Assembly: GCA_050949565.1 (NCBI GenBank)
Contig: JBMNFY010000015.1
Span: forward strand, 1 to 64,000
Direction: 5' to 3'
DNA length: 64,000 nucleotides
Origin: Kiritimatiellia bacterium
GTDB taxonomy: Bacteria; Verrucomicrobiota; Kiritimatiellia; RFP12; UBA1067
Shown here: in pieces, positions 55,212 through 64,000 of the stretch
Position numbering within the stretch: position 1 is the first letter of the stretch
Layout of the letters: each line of letters begins with the position of its first letter
The notes under the pieces: model-generated
What the model was told of the DNA's origin: nothing
Seen by the model: the letters and a program-made list of their open reading frames with translations, nothing else
Databases searched by the model: none
Translations under genes and position numbers: made by a program

Positions 55212-57412
55212 GCGCCCTCCTTCCCAACTTCAACGTTCGGCGTTCGGCGTCCTGAGTTCTGCGTTCTCGGGCAAGCGGACGCTTGACCCTCCCGTTTCCC
55301 CACTTCTGAGTTCTGAGTTCTGAGTTCAGCGTTCGGCGTTCTCCCCTCCCCAACTTCAACGTTCGGCGTTCGGCGTCCTGAGTTCTGCGTTCTCGGGCAA
55401 GCGGACGCTTGACCCTCCCGTTTCCCCACTTCTGAGTTCTGAGTTCTGAGTTCAGCGTTCGGCGTTCTCCCCTCCCCAACTTCAACGTTCGGCGTTCGGC
55501 GTCCTGAGTTCTGCGTTCTCCCCTCACCCTCGCCACCGTCCGTCACACTTGCCACCACCCACTCGCGCAATACCGTACGCACCTCCTCTGCCGTCGCACT
55601 GTCCCGTTCCCCCACCAACTGCCGACACGCCGCCAGCATCGCCGCTGTCTGGTCACTGTCCGCAGCCGTATCCTTGCTCACGAAAATCCGCGCGTGCCCG
55701 GTCTTATACGCCGACCGCTCGCTCACGTCCAACTCTTCAAACAGCTTCTCGCCCGGCCGGATGCCGGTGAAAACAATCGGCACATCCTGATACGGGCGCA
55801 GCCCAGAGAGCGCAATCATCCCCTCCGCCAGTTCCACGATCTTCACCGGTTCGCCCATGTCGAGCACAAAGATCTCGCCGCCCTGGGCCAGCGCCGCCGC
55901 CTGCAAAACCAGCGCGACCGCCTCGGCGATCGTCATGAAGTAGCGCTGCATTTCCGGATGCGTCACGGTCACCGCCTCGCCGCGACGAATCTGCTCGCGG
56001 AAGAGCGGCACGACCGACCCCGAAGAGTCCAGCACATTGCCGAACCGAACCGCAGAAAACCGCGTGACCCCGCGTTCGTTCAGCGCCTGCAACGCACGCT
56101 CCGCGAGCCGCTTGCTCATCCCCATCACCGAGACCGGCCGCACCGCCTTGTCGGTCGAAATAAACACAAAACGCTCCACGCCGCACGCCACCGCCAGTTC
56201 GCCCAGCGCGCGCGTCGCCAGCACATTGTTCTTCACGGCTTCAACCGGATTCTGCTCCATCAGCGGCACATGCTTATGCGCCGCGGCATGCACGACGATC
56301 TGCGGCGCGTGCGTGCGGAAAATCGTTTCCATGCGCGCGCGGTCGCCGACATCCGCCAGCAATGCCGTCACCGGCGTCGCAGCCCCGCGCTTGCGGATTT
56401 CGCGCTCAATCTGGTACAGCGCATTCTCGCAACGCTCCACCAGCACCAAACTCGACGGCCCGGCGCGCAGGATCTGGCGCGCCAGTTCGCTGCCGATCGA
56501 CCCGCCGGCACCAGTCACCAGCACCCGCTTCTGCCCCAACAACTCCACCACCGCACGGCTATCGAGCGACGTCTCCTCGCGCCCCAGCAGGTCTGCGACC
56601 GCCACGTTGCGGATGTTCGATGCGGTCAGGCTGCCTTCGATCAATTCGTAATATCCCGGCACAATACGCGCTGGCACATGCGCCTGCTCACACAGCCGCA
56701 CCACGCGCCGGATCACATCGCGCGGCACCCGCACCATTGAGACGATCACCTCATCCACTGCATGCCGCCGCACCAGCGCGGGCAACTCATCGATGCTCCC
56801 CAGCACGGGAAAGCCTTGGATGCGCGCATGGCGCTTGGCCGGATCGTCATCTAGAAAGCCGACCACCACCTGCCGTCGCGTCCCCTGACGCCGCAGTTCG
56901 CGCGCCACCAAGTCGCCAGCCGCGCCTGCCCCCACCAGCAGCACCCGTCGCGCACGACCGTCCAGGACGCCGCCCCGGGCATGCGAGGCGCCTTCAGCCA
57001 CCAGGCGCCCCAACATCCGCACCCCGATCAGGCCACCCGTAACCAAGAAACTGTTGAGGAAGGTGATGCTATAGGGCGGGCGCAACCCCATCTGGTGCGG
57101 CAGCACCACCCGCAGTACCAACAACACGATGGTTGAAGCACCGATCGCGCCCACGAACCGTGGCACATCGCTCGCACTTACGTAACGCCACAGCATCCGA
57201 TTGCAACCGAACAGTTCCAATGCCACGCACTGCACCGCCCACACCGTTACGAACGACACCGCCACCTGGCCCCAACCCCACCACGGCTCCTGAAACTCAA
57301 AGCGCAACAGGAACGCCGTCAGGTACGCCAGCGCCATCACCGCCGTATCTACCGCATGGACGCCTACCCTGACAGCCCAGACGCCAAACTGCTCTTTCCA
57401 CTTCCCAACCAT
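55208..57412 (-). CDS. Membrane-anchored nucleoside-diphosphate-sugar dehydratase (CapD/WbpM/PglF family) with a repeat-derived tail
   Basis: LLVGAGAAG, GFLDDD, DLLGR, VTGAGGSIGSEL, HAAAHKHVPLME, ISTDKAV.P, VRFGNVL.S.GSV, RYFMTI.EA, GIRPGEKL.EEL. Confidence 0.95.
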   Translation of the reverse strand: MVGKWKEQFGVWAVRVGVHAVDTAVMALAYLTAFLLRFEFQEPWWGWGQVAVSFVTVWAVQCVALELFGCNRMLWRYVSASDVPRFVGAIGASTIVLLVLRVVLPHQMGLRPPYSITFLNSFLVTGGLIGVRMLGRLVAEGASHARGGVLDGRARRVLLVGAGAAGDLVARELRRQGTRRQVVVGFLDDDPAKRHARIQGFPVLGSIDELPALVRRHAVDEVIVSMVRVPRDVIRRVVRLCEQAHVPARIVPGYYELIEGSLTASNIRNVAVADLLGREETSLDSRAVVELLGQKRVLVTGAGGSIGSELARQILRAGPSSLVLVERCENALYQIEREIRKRGAATPVTALLADVGDRARMETIFRTHAPQIVVHAAAHKHVPLMEQNPVEAVKNNVLATRALGELAVACGVERFVFISTDKAVRPVSVMGMSKRLAERALQALNERGVTRFSAVRFGNVLDSSGSVVPLFREQIRRGEAVTVTHPEMQRYFMTIAEAVALVLQAAALAQGGEIFVLDMGEPVKIVELAEGMIALSGLRPYQDVPIVFTGIRPGEKLFEELDVSERSAYKTGHARIFVSKDTAADSDQTAAMLAACRQLVGERDSATAEEVRTVLREWVVASVTDGGEGEGRTQNSGRRTPNVEVGEGRTPNAELRTQNSEVGKREGQASACPRTQNSGRRTPNVEVGEGRTPNAELRTQNSEVGKREGQASACPRTQNSGRRTPNVEVGKEGA
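55219..55520. repeat. 126-bp tandem repeat x ~2.4 inside the capD-like 3' end
   Basis: Encodes RTQNSGRRTPNVEVGEGRTPNAELRTQNSEVGKREGQASACP (42 aa) repeated. Confidence 0.92.
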
Positions 57413-57597
57413 GACGTGTCCATCATTTAAGCAGATCGGCCCCTTTGAGAACAGCCTTGATTGTGAAACATGAACGATAAACAAGTGCAACCGCTGGTTG
57501 CACAAAGAACTTCGCGTCTCCGTGCCTTCGCATGAAAAAACAGAACAAGGACGAGTAGACGCTCGTCATCTCATCACCTTGGCGGTTCTAAAAATAC

Positions 57598-59370
57598 TCA
57601 CCGCTCGTCAAAAACCGGCAGTTGCGCTGAACCGAGATCGAAGCCGAAGGTACGGCTCTTCAACGAGAGCACAGGCGGTGCCTGCAAACGTTTGGCTCGC
57701 GCCAGACCGTTGTAGAGCCGCCACATGCGTGTCAGGTCGTTGCGGAATGATGCCTCATCCGGGAAGAGCGCGCGCAGGTCGTCCGGGTATCCGGTGATCT
57801 CCCCCACCGTGCCTGCGGCATACCCGCGCACCAGTTCATCGACCGTCACCGGCACCGGACGCTCTGTCCAAGCGGCGAACAGCCGGTCGTGCCAAGCGTA
57901 GACCAACGGATCGCCCTTGCCTTCGTCCACATTCTGCGCCGAACTCAGCTCCGCCGAGGGCACGATCGTGATCGAACCTTGGGGAATCATCTCACTGCCG
58001 AACACCTCGGCGTTGTAGCAACGCGCAAGTTCCCAGATTTCGCTCTTCCACAGATCACCCAGCGCCGCGAAGAAACCGGCGTTATCACCGTACATCGTGC
58101 CGTACCCGATGGTGCTTTCCGATTTGTTGGTATTGCAGGTGAAGACCCCGCCGAACGCACTGGACATCGCCGCGAGCACGCGCCCCGAACGGTCGCGCGC
58201 CTGCACGTTCTCAACGGCGAGATCAGAGAGCACCAACGCACGCTTCTCGCCGCCGGGGCGCTCGCAGACGCAGCCTTCGATCTGCCGCTTCGTCAGTTCC
58301 ACACTTTCTTGAATCGGAATCTCGGTATAGTAGCAGCCCAAGTTGGCGGCCAGACGGCGCGCGAGGCCGATCGTAGTGCCCGAGCTGTAGCGGCTGGGCA
58401 TATTCACCAGTAGCAGATTCTCCGGCCCCACAACGCATCTGTACAACGCGGCCGCCAGCGCGGAATCGATGCCCCCGGAAGCGCCCACCACCACCCGGCG
58501 CAACCCTAGCCGCTCAAGTTGCAGACGGCAGGCGCGCTCCATCACGTCGATCACCACGCGCGGCGCGGTGTGGTCCGCCTGCGCGACGGTGCTGTCCGAC
58601 GGCATCGTAAGATCCAGCGTCGCCTCGCGCAACAGCGGCGCGTGCTGTACGCGTCCGTCCGGCCAGCGCACCTGCGTGCCGCCCGCCAGCGCGAACAGCA
58701 CCTTGCCGGCGTCGACCACGCCAGTACCGCAACAGCAGGCGGCCGGCACGTCGTCGGCAACCGGCGCGTCGCCCAGCGGCTGATCGCGCGTGTACGGGCG
58801 CGTGTCGAGGCGCAGCAACAGGTCGGCGTCCTGTCGCACCGCGTTGCAGCCGTTCGGCAGCGCCTGACCGCACCACGCCGCGACCGTCATTCCGCTCAGC
58901 GTGAAAGGCGCGAAGAGCGCGGGCAGGGGCACGCCCTCCATCGCCGCCACCGCGCCGGCGCACAGCAGACCCGACACGCCATCAAAGCGGTTCTGCGGCG
59001 AGAGGAGTTTCGGCACGAACGGCAGCGGCGACCCGGCAGGCGCTACACGCCGACCGTCTTCAGCCGCCACCGCCGCGCCGACCAGCCGCCCGCGGTAGGA
59101 GACCACCGTCCCCAAGATCACAGCCAGCCCTTGCGAGGCTTCGACGATACGCGCGAGACCGCGTTCGCACGCCCGCAGGCGGGAGCCGTCGAGCCATTCC
59201 GGACCAGCCAGAAAACCGCTCAGAGCCCACTCTGGGAAGACGGTCACACGTATGCCGTCCGCCCGAGCCTGCGCCATCGCAGCCAGTATCACCTCGGTGT
59301 TGGCACCGGGATCACCCTGGCGGACCAGCATCTGATGCAGCCGCACACGACCTTGGGTTAAAGCATCCAT
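57598..59370 (-). CDS. nadE: NAD+ synthetase with a divergent N-terminal nitrilase-like domain
   Basis: VVGASGGIDSA, MPSRYSS, ENVQARDR, NKSE..IGY.TMYGD, DLWKSE, PSAEL, KR.QAPP. N-terminal VFPE. Confidence 0.9.
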   Translation of the reverse strand: MDALTQGRVRLHQMLVRQGDPGANTEVILAAMAQARADGIRVTVFPEWALSGFLAGPEWLDGSRLRACERGLARIVEASQGLAVILGTVVSYRGRLVGAAVAAEDGRRVAPAGSPLPFVPKLLSPQNRFDGVSGLLCAGAVAAMEGVPLPALFAPFTLSGMTVAAWCGQALPNGCNAVRQDADLLLRLDTRPYTRDQPLGDAPVADDVPAACCCGTGVVDAGKVLFALAGGTQVRWPDGRVQHAPLLREATLDLTMPSDSTVAQADHTAPRVVIDVMERACRLQLERLGLRRVVVGASGGIDSALAAALYRCVVGPENLLLVNMPSRYSSGTTIGLARRLAANLGCYYTEIPIQESVELTKRQIEGCVCERPGGEKRALVLSDLAVENVQARDRSGRVLAAMSSAFGGVFTCNTNKSESTIGYGTMYGDNAGFFAALGDLWKSEIWELARCYNAEVFGSEMIPQGSITIVPSAELSSAQNVDEGKGDPLVYAWHDRLFAAWTERPVPVTVDELVRGYAAGTVGEITGYPDDLRALFPDEASFRNDLTRMWRLYNGLARAKRLQAPPVLSLKSRTFGFDLGSAQLPVFDER

Positions 59371-59393
59371 AATCAAAATGCGCGACAAAGCGC

Positions 59394-60473
59394 TCAGCGT
59401 TGGACGCGGGCGTTACCCTTCCAGACGCTCCAGACCTGATCCTCGTCCGCCGGCAGAGCGTAGTCCACCAGCATCGTCGTGGCCAGCGCACCGGTCGCCC
59501 AGGCGAACTGGATCCACTTCTCCGACGGCCACCCCTTGAGGATGGCGTAGAGCATGCCGCCGACGAACCCATCGCCGCCGCCGATACGGTCCAAAACCGC
59601 AATCGGGCGCGGTTCCACCACATGCCACGCCGAGCCGACCGACATCAGCGCACCCCAATGGTGGGCGTTGGCATGATCGACCTCACGCAGCGTCGTACCG
59701 TAGACCTGCGCGTTGGGGAAGGTCTTTTTGACCGCCTCGATCATGCCCTTAAAGCCGTCGATCTTGGCCTTGATGTCCTTGCCGCCCGCTTCAGGCCCCT
59801 TCACGCCGAGGCAGAGTTGGAAATCCTCCTCGTTGCCCACAAGGATGTCCGTAACGCTGGCGATCTCGGTAAAGATATCCCTGAGTTCCTTTTCGCGCCC
59901 TTTCCAGAACGTTGCGCGATGGTTGAGGTCAAACGAGATCTTGGTGCCGTGCTTTTTAGCGGCGCGCGCCAGTTCAAGGCAGAAGGTACCGGTCTCGGGC
60001 GAGAGCGCGCCGATCAGGCCGGAAAGATGCATGATCTGCACACCTTCCTGACCGAAGATACGGTCTAGATCGAAATCCTTGACGTTAAGAGTGCGCCCCA
60101 CCTCGCCAGCGCGGTCATTCCAGACACGCGGGCCGCGCGCGCCCATTCCGCTGTCGGCAATGTTGATCTGATGACGATACCCCCACGGGCCACCCTGATC
60201 GACTTCAACGCCTTCGTAATCCATGTGGCGGCTGCGCAGATCGTCCTTGATGAGCTGGGCGATCGGACTGCCCTTCACAAAGGTGGTCAGCACCTTGACC
60301 GGCATGCCCAGATAGGACGCCACGCTGGCGACGTTGGTTTCGGCACTGGTCACATGCATCATAAAATTCCCGCCGCAATGCACCGGCTGCCCGTTGAACG
60401 GCGTGATGCGGATACCCATGCTCGTGGGAACCAACAGCGCGTACTTGCAATCCTTTTTCAACTCAAGCGACAT
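59394..60473 (-). CDS. PfkB-family sugar kinase (KdgK-like)
   Basis: SAETNVA, NDRAGE, SFDLNHR..FW, GNEED, DRIGGGDGF.GG. Confidence 0.9.
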   Translation of the reverse strand: MSLELKKDCKYALLVPTSMGIRITPFNGQPVHCGGNFMMHVTSAETNVASVASYLGMPVKVLTTFVKGSPIAQLIKDDLRSRHMDYEGVEVDQGGPWGYRHQINIADSGMGARGPRVWNDRAGEVGRTLNVKDFDLDRIFGQEGVQIMHLSGLIGALSPETGTFCLELARAAKKHGTKISFDLNHRATFWKGREKELRDIFTEIASVTDILVGNEEDFQLCLGVKGPEAGGKDIKAKIDGFKGMIEAVKKTFPNAQVYGTTLREVDHANAHHWGALMSVGSAWHVVEPRPIAVLDRIGGGDGFVGGMLYAILKGWPSEKWIQFAWATGALATTMLVDYALPADEDQVWSVWKGNARVQR

Positions 60474-60623
60474 AACACCCTCCTTCTTTCGATAAAACCA
60501 AGCATATCGGCGATAGAATCGCCTCCCATACCGACTTAAGCATGGATAATTCGAGAGCATACCCCACCCCACCATTTGAAGTCAAGGATTGCGCTTGAGC
60601 ACTTGAGCGGCGGATGCATGAAA

Positions 60624-61358
60624 CTACTCCAGATCGTACAGGCGATTGTCCTCCGAAAGAAAACCACAGCCTTTCGCAGGAGTGCCATATGCCTCCGTCG
60701 AGGTGTAGCGCTTCCTCAGTGACTCGCAATGTCCGTCTGCGAATCCGACATTGGTACATCCGCGGTGTCGGAAACCCTGCGTCCCTCCGAGAGCCAACGA
60801 CGCATCCGCGTCTAAAGGGCCCGCGAAAGGCGATCGCATGAATTTGTTGGCCCCGCTTTCATACTCCCCGTCACCGAACATGGCACATTCGGCGGGGTTT
60901 TTGATGTCTAACAGTTTGGCTGACTCAGTCGAGTGGGAAAGCTTGACGCCTTTTCGGATTAACGTCGTTCCTCCCAAGTAACTCGAATTATAGTTATATC
61001 CTGTGAACACATCGCCCTTCCACATAGAGGCGCCCTTGAATACTGGACACTGTTGCACGCGTTGCTGGAAATTCGAACCCCACAAGAACGACTCCCAAGT
61101 CACGGTCGTTCTCGTAGTGAAATCCCGCACATATGCGGGAGGAAGTTTCCCGTTGTTCAAGTGTGCGTACTGGTGAGCGGCATACACCATTTCTCTGAGG
61201 TTGTTTAGGCAACAAATCTTCCATGCCTCTTCACGAACCTGTTGAAAAGAGGGGATCAGCACGGCCATCAATAGCGAGGCAATGAAAATAACGCACAGCA
61301 GTTCCCACAACGTAAAACCCGTTGTGCGCCGCTGTTCAAACAAGTCTTCACTCGTCAT
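60624..61358 (-). CDS. Prepilin-type N-terminal cleavage/methylation protein with H-X9-DG motif
   Basis: G|FTLWELLCVI, ICCLNNLRE, YNYN, RHRGCTNVGFADGH. Confidence 0.92.
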   Translation of the reverse strand: MTSEDLFEQRRTTGFTLWELLCVIFIASLLMAVLIPSFQQVREEAWKICCLNNLREMVYAAHQYAHLNNGKLPPAYVRDFTTRTTVTWESFLWGSNFQQRVQQCPVFKGASMWKGDVFTGYNYNSSYLGGTTLIRKGVKLSHSTESAKLLDIKNPAECAMFGDGEYESGANKFMRSPFAGPLDADASLALGGTQGFRHRGCTNVGFADGHCESLRKRYTSTEAYGTPAKGCGFLSEDNRLYDLE

Positions 61359-63162
61359 GTCGAACTCGCAGCCTCATAAATCCCTTGCAACCTGTGATAG
61401 GTGCTTCTGACACCACAGGCCGCACGCCGTTTGTCGGGGGTGACGTGGCAACCTCCATCCACACGCCATTGGTGCTCCATACCGGTGCGGCAAGATCATC
61501 CGCCCGTACGATCTCGATAGCCACGTCGGGCGCGTTCGTCGCCACCGCGTACCGGAAACGGAACACGTTCGGCGCGTCAGGAGGACGGATGTCCACGGCA
61601 TACTCCGCAGAAAAAACCGCGTTAGTCGGATCGCGTCCCAGCCCATATTCCATCAGGTTGGCATGACCGTCGCCGTCCGCGTCAGCGATGTCTGTCTCGT
61701 TGGTAGGTGCTGTCATCCACGAAAAGTGCGCGTTGCGCCACAGATCGTATGGCGCAGCCGGCGAGACGTCCGCGACCGCATCCACCTCCGGGTTCACGGC
61801 ACCGCTTCGTTCCACACGAACGTACTTGATCCATTTGAGCCCGTTTGCGTCATCGGTCGGCAGCGCGAAACCGCCGATGTCAAATCCCGTGCCACCCGCG
61901 CTACCGCGATAACGTTCAGAAATCTCTGCTACCGTCATTTGGAGCCAGTCCGACGGCGCAATCGAGGGATCGACTGGCACCGTGGGGTCGGTCGCACCGC
62001 CCCACCATTGGTTCCATGTTCCAAGCGAGGTCGCCACAACGTTCGTGTCGTAGACGCGGCCCAGCGTCGGCGCGAAGTCGTCGGCACCCCTGTCGTTTTC
62101 TCCGGACGGATAGGCGTACCAGGTTACCCCGTCTTGGCTGACAGAGACCTTGCCCTTTTCGACGAAAGCCGAGCCACCGTTGCGGGTCAGATTCGGATCA
62201 CCGTTAGACCAGCCTTCCCCCCCGCCAATAACCTGAAAGCTGTTTCCAAAAACAATGAAGTCAACGCCGTACGGATTGGCTGGATTGTCATAGACGCGGT
62301 GGTCAAAGGCGAGCGTCAACGAACCGCCCTTGCCAATCGTGACCATCTCATGGGAACGAAACGCCGGATAGACGGGCACCACCGGAGCCGGCTCGTCGAG
62401 CGGAATGTACCAGTCGTCACCCGTGGTGTCGACCGTAGGCCGGCCGAGCGCTGTGGTGGGATCAGTGTAGGGGTCGCCGGATATCCAGTCGTAATAGGAA
62501 CCAGAACCTTGGACATAACTCTCGACTGATGCAGCAAAGGGATAGCTGAGCGCGGCAGCGGGAAACCCCGGACGGCGCATGCCGCCTTCCACGCTCAGGC
62601 TCCATGCGTCCCAAGAACCGTCGCTTAACGGATACGTTTCCATGCCCGCGTCGCCAGCGACGAAGTTGGTGGCGGCGTAGACCGTTTGCCCGCCGCACCG
62701 CCAATGACTCCATGTGCCCGCGAGGCAAACGTCACCTGTGTGATCCCATGTGTACGCGGTCCAGCGAACATCGTGCGCACCGGTTTCGGGCAGGATGTCG
62801 CCGCTCCGCGTCGGACGGCGGTATTCGATTCCCCAGACCCGCGTGCCGCCGCCGGTTGTCGTCTCGAAGCCCGTCAGACCGGAGTCGGCACCGGTTACGG
62901 CGCGCCACAGATCGAGCGCCGTGGCGGTTCCGCTCCAGCGGAAACCCCACGCCAGCGCGTGGGGCCGCGTACCGTCATGCCAATCGACCACAAGCGCCGA
63001 GCGGTTCGTTCCCGAACCGCACCAGTGTTCAATGTCGTCCAATGAAAATCCGAAGGCGGCATGCTGCGCGGCTCCCGCCGCGCAGAACGCCAGCGCAACC
63101 CCGGCAACGGACGCGCGTCCAGCCGGCCAACGTTTTATCCATCGCATCACATGCAGGGTCAT
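61348..63162 (-). CDS. Secreted cell-surface protein of unknown function
   Basis: Signal peptide, W.GSGTNRSALVVDW, DP..ALGRP, GG.LTLAFDH...NPYG.DFIVFGNSF, GSAGGTGFDI, DADGDG.ANL.EY..G.DP, C-terminal GFMRLRV. Confidence 0.8.
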   Translation of the reverse strand: MTLHVMRWIKRWPAGRASVAGVALAFCAAGAAQHAAFGFSLDDIEHWCGSGTNRSALVVDWHDGTRPHALAWGFRWSGTATALDLWRAVTGADSGLTGFETTTGGGTRVWGIEYRRPTRSGDILPETGAHDVRWTAYTWDHTGDVCLAGTWSHWRCGGQTVYAATNFVAGDAGMETYPLSDGSWDAWSLSVEGGMRRPGFPAAALSYPFAASVESYVQGSGSYYDWISGDPYTDPTTALGRPTVDTTGDDWYIPLDEPAPVVPVYPAFRSHEMVTIGKGGSLTLAFDHRVYDNPANPYGVDFIVFGNSFQVIGGGEGWSNGDPNLTRNGGSAFVEKGKVSVSQDGVTWYAYPSGENDRGADDFAPTLGRVYDTNVVATSLGTWNQWWGGATDPTVPVDPSIAPSDWLQMTVAEISERYRGSAGGTGFDIGGFALPTDDANGLKWIKYVRVERSGAVNPEVDAVADVSPAAPYDLWRNAHFSWMTAPTNETDIADADGDGHANLMEYGLGRDPTNAVFSAEYAVDIRPPDAPNVFRFRYAVATNAPDVAIEIVRADDLAAPVWSTNGVWMEVATSPPTNGVRPVVSEAPITGCKGFMRLRVRHDE

Positions 63163-63173
63163 CGCAACCTCCG

Positions 63174-63272
63174 AGGCTCTTGCAAAACCTCTCGTGGCAT
63201 GGGCGTCCCGCCCATGAAACACGGGCAAGATGCCCGTGCCACACCTGTAGGCAAGGGGTTTTGCAAGAGCCT
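63174..63272. mobile_element. 99-bp MITE with perfect 16-bp terminal inverted repeats enclosing REP-like hairpins
   Basis: aggctcttgcaaaacc (63174-63189) and ggttttgcaagagcct (63257-63272). Internal catgggcgtcccgcccatg and cacgggcaagatgcccgtg. Confidence 0.75.
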
Positions 63273-63282
63273 TCTCCTTAAA

Positions 63283-64000
63283 CTATTTCACTATGAACAT
63301 CGTACGCCGTGAAGGGCGGTACGCCGCCTCAACCGTGGCATTCTGGTTTGCCGTGAATGTCGCACGGTTGCCATCTGTTTTCGCGCCTTGCGGCAGCGCC
63401 ACCCAACGGTCGAAGGTGTAACCGGCAATAGGGCGAGCGGTTATCGTTACTGATTCCCCCGATGCGTAGGTACCTGTGCCCGCCACCGTTCCATACTCTG
63501 ACAACACCGCGCCCACGCGGTAGGTACCGAGGTAGGCCGCCACGTCGACCAGTCCGCAGATTTCGCCCTGCTTGTTGTTCGGGTCGGTCATTTTCACGTA
63601 ACGGATCCATTCGAAGCCGGATTCGGCCAAATCGAAACCCGTGCCGCCGGCCGATCCGTTGTACAAGCTGATGGCCCGCGCCGCGCTGATGTTGGTGATC
63701 CCGGCAGCGGCGAGCGCCGGATCGACCGGTTTCGTCCAGTCCATCTCTTGTGACGACCAATCGTGCGCCTCCCAATCCCACATGAATGGCTGCGTCGGCC
63801 ACAGCGTGTCACCGAACACGTTGGTGTAGGTGTACCAAGGCCCCTCCGCGTATTGCGCCACGCTCACGGTCACAGGCTCGCCGAAGGTGCCGCCGCCCCC
63901 AAACGTCGGGAGCATGTACGCCTCCAGATTACTGTTCGAATAAGTGAAGCCGCCGCCGGTGAAGAACGCATTGCCGTGGACGAGCAGATCAATGCCGTAT
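63283..64000 (-). CDS. Partial (5' end outside the window) cell-surface protein, paralogous to 61348-63162, with a C-terminal bacterial repeat domain
   Basis: YNGSAGGTGFDL, WIRYV, G.V.GTG.Y..GE.VTITA.P..GY.F..W. The frame appears open to the window edge. Confidence 0.8.
   Translation of the reverse strand, partial: YGIDLLVHGNAFFTGGGFTYSNSNLEAYMLPTFGGGGTFGEPVTVSVAQYAEGPWYTYTNVFGDTLWPTQPFMWDWEAHDWSSQEMDWTKPVDPALAAAGITNISAARAISLYNGSAGGTGFDLAESGFEWIRYVKMTDPNNKQGEICGLVDVAAYLGTYRVGAVLSEYGTVAGTGTYASGESVTITARPIAGYTFDRWVALPQGAKTDGNRATFTANQNATVEAAYRPSRRTMFIVK

Noticed and set aside
1-64000. tRNA, rRNA, prophage or full-length IS transposase
   Set aside because: None recognised in the intergenic DNA or the ORF track.

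Overview
A 64-kb window from a high-GC bacterial chromosome. Gene content suggests the PVC superphylum, probably Kiritimatiellae/Lentisphaerae-like (inference from the H-X9-DG prepilin, HzsA-like protein, exosortase and alpha2-type GlyRS). It holds housekeeping genes (glyQS, larB, ahcY-metK, aroC-aroKB, truA, ispG-rseP-dxr-cdsA-uppS-purA, nadE), two surface-polysaccharide clusters and several large secreted proteins. The most striking feature is a very heavy load of short repeats. An intact GxxExxY (PD-(D/E)XK-like) gene sits inside the polysaccharide operon, bracketed by inward-facing arrays of a TAAC-(GCAGAGRC)n motif, one amplified to 17 x 45 bp. The same motif and its sister motifs recur between genes across the window, including a linker-separated 'library' at about 20.7-21.0 kb, and related repeats have entered coding sequences in frame. 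Also seen: a 623-bp x4 tandem amplification with microhomology junctions, an ~80-bp inverted repeat duplicating the truA start, a low-GC restriction-modification remnant bounded by a 9-bp repeat at the ispG start codon, and two small MITEs. No rRNA, tRNA or CRISPR array was recognised. All family calls come from motifs read by eye; no database search was run.
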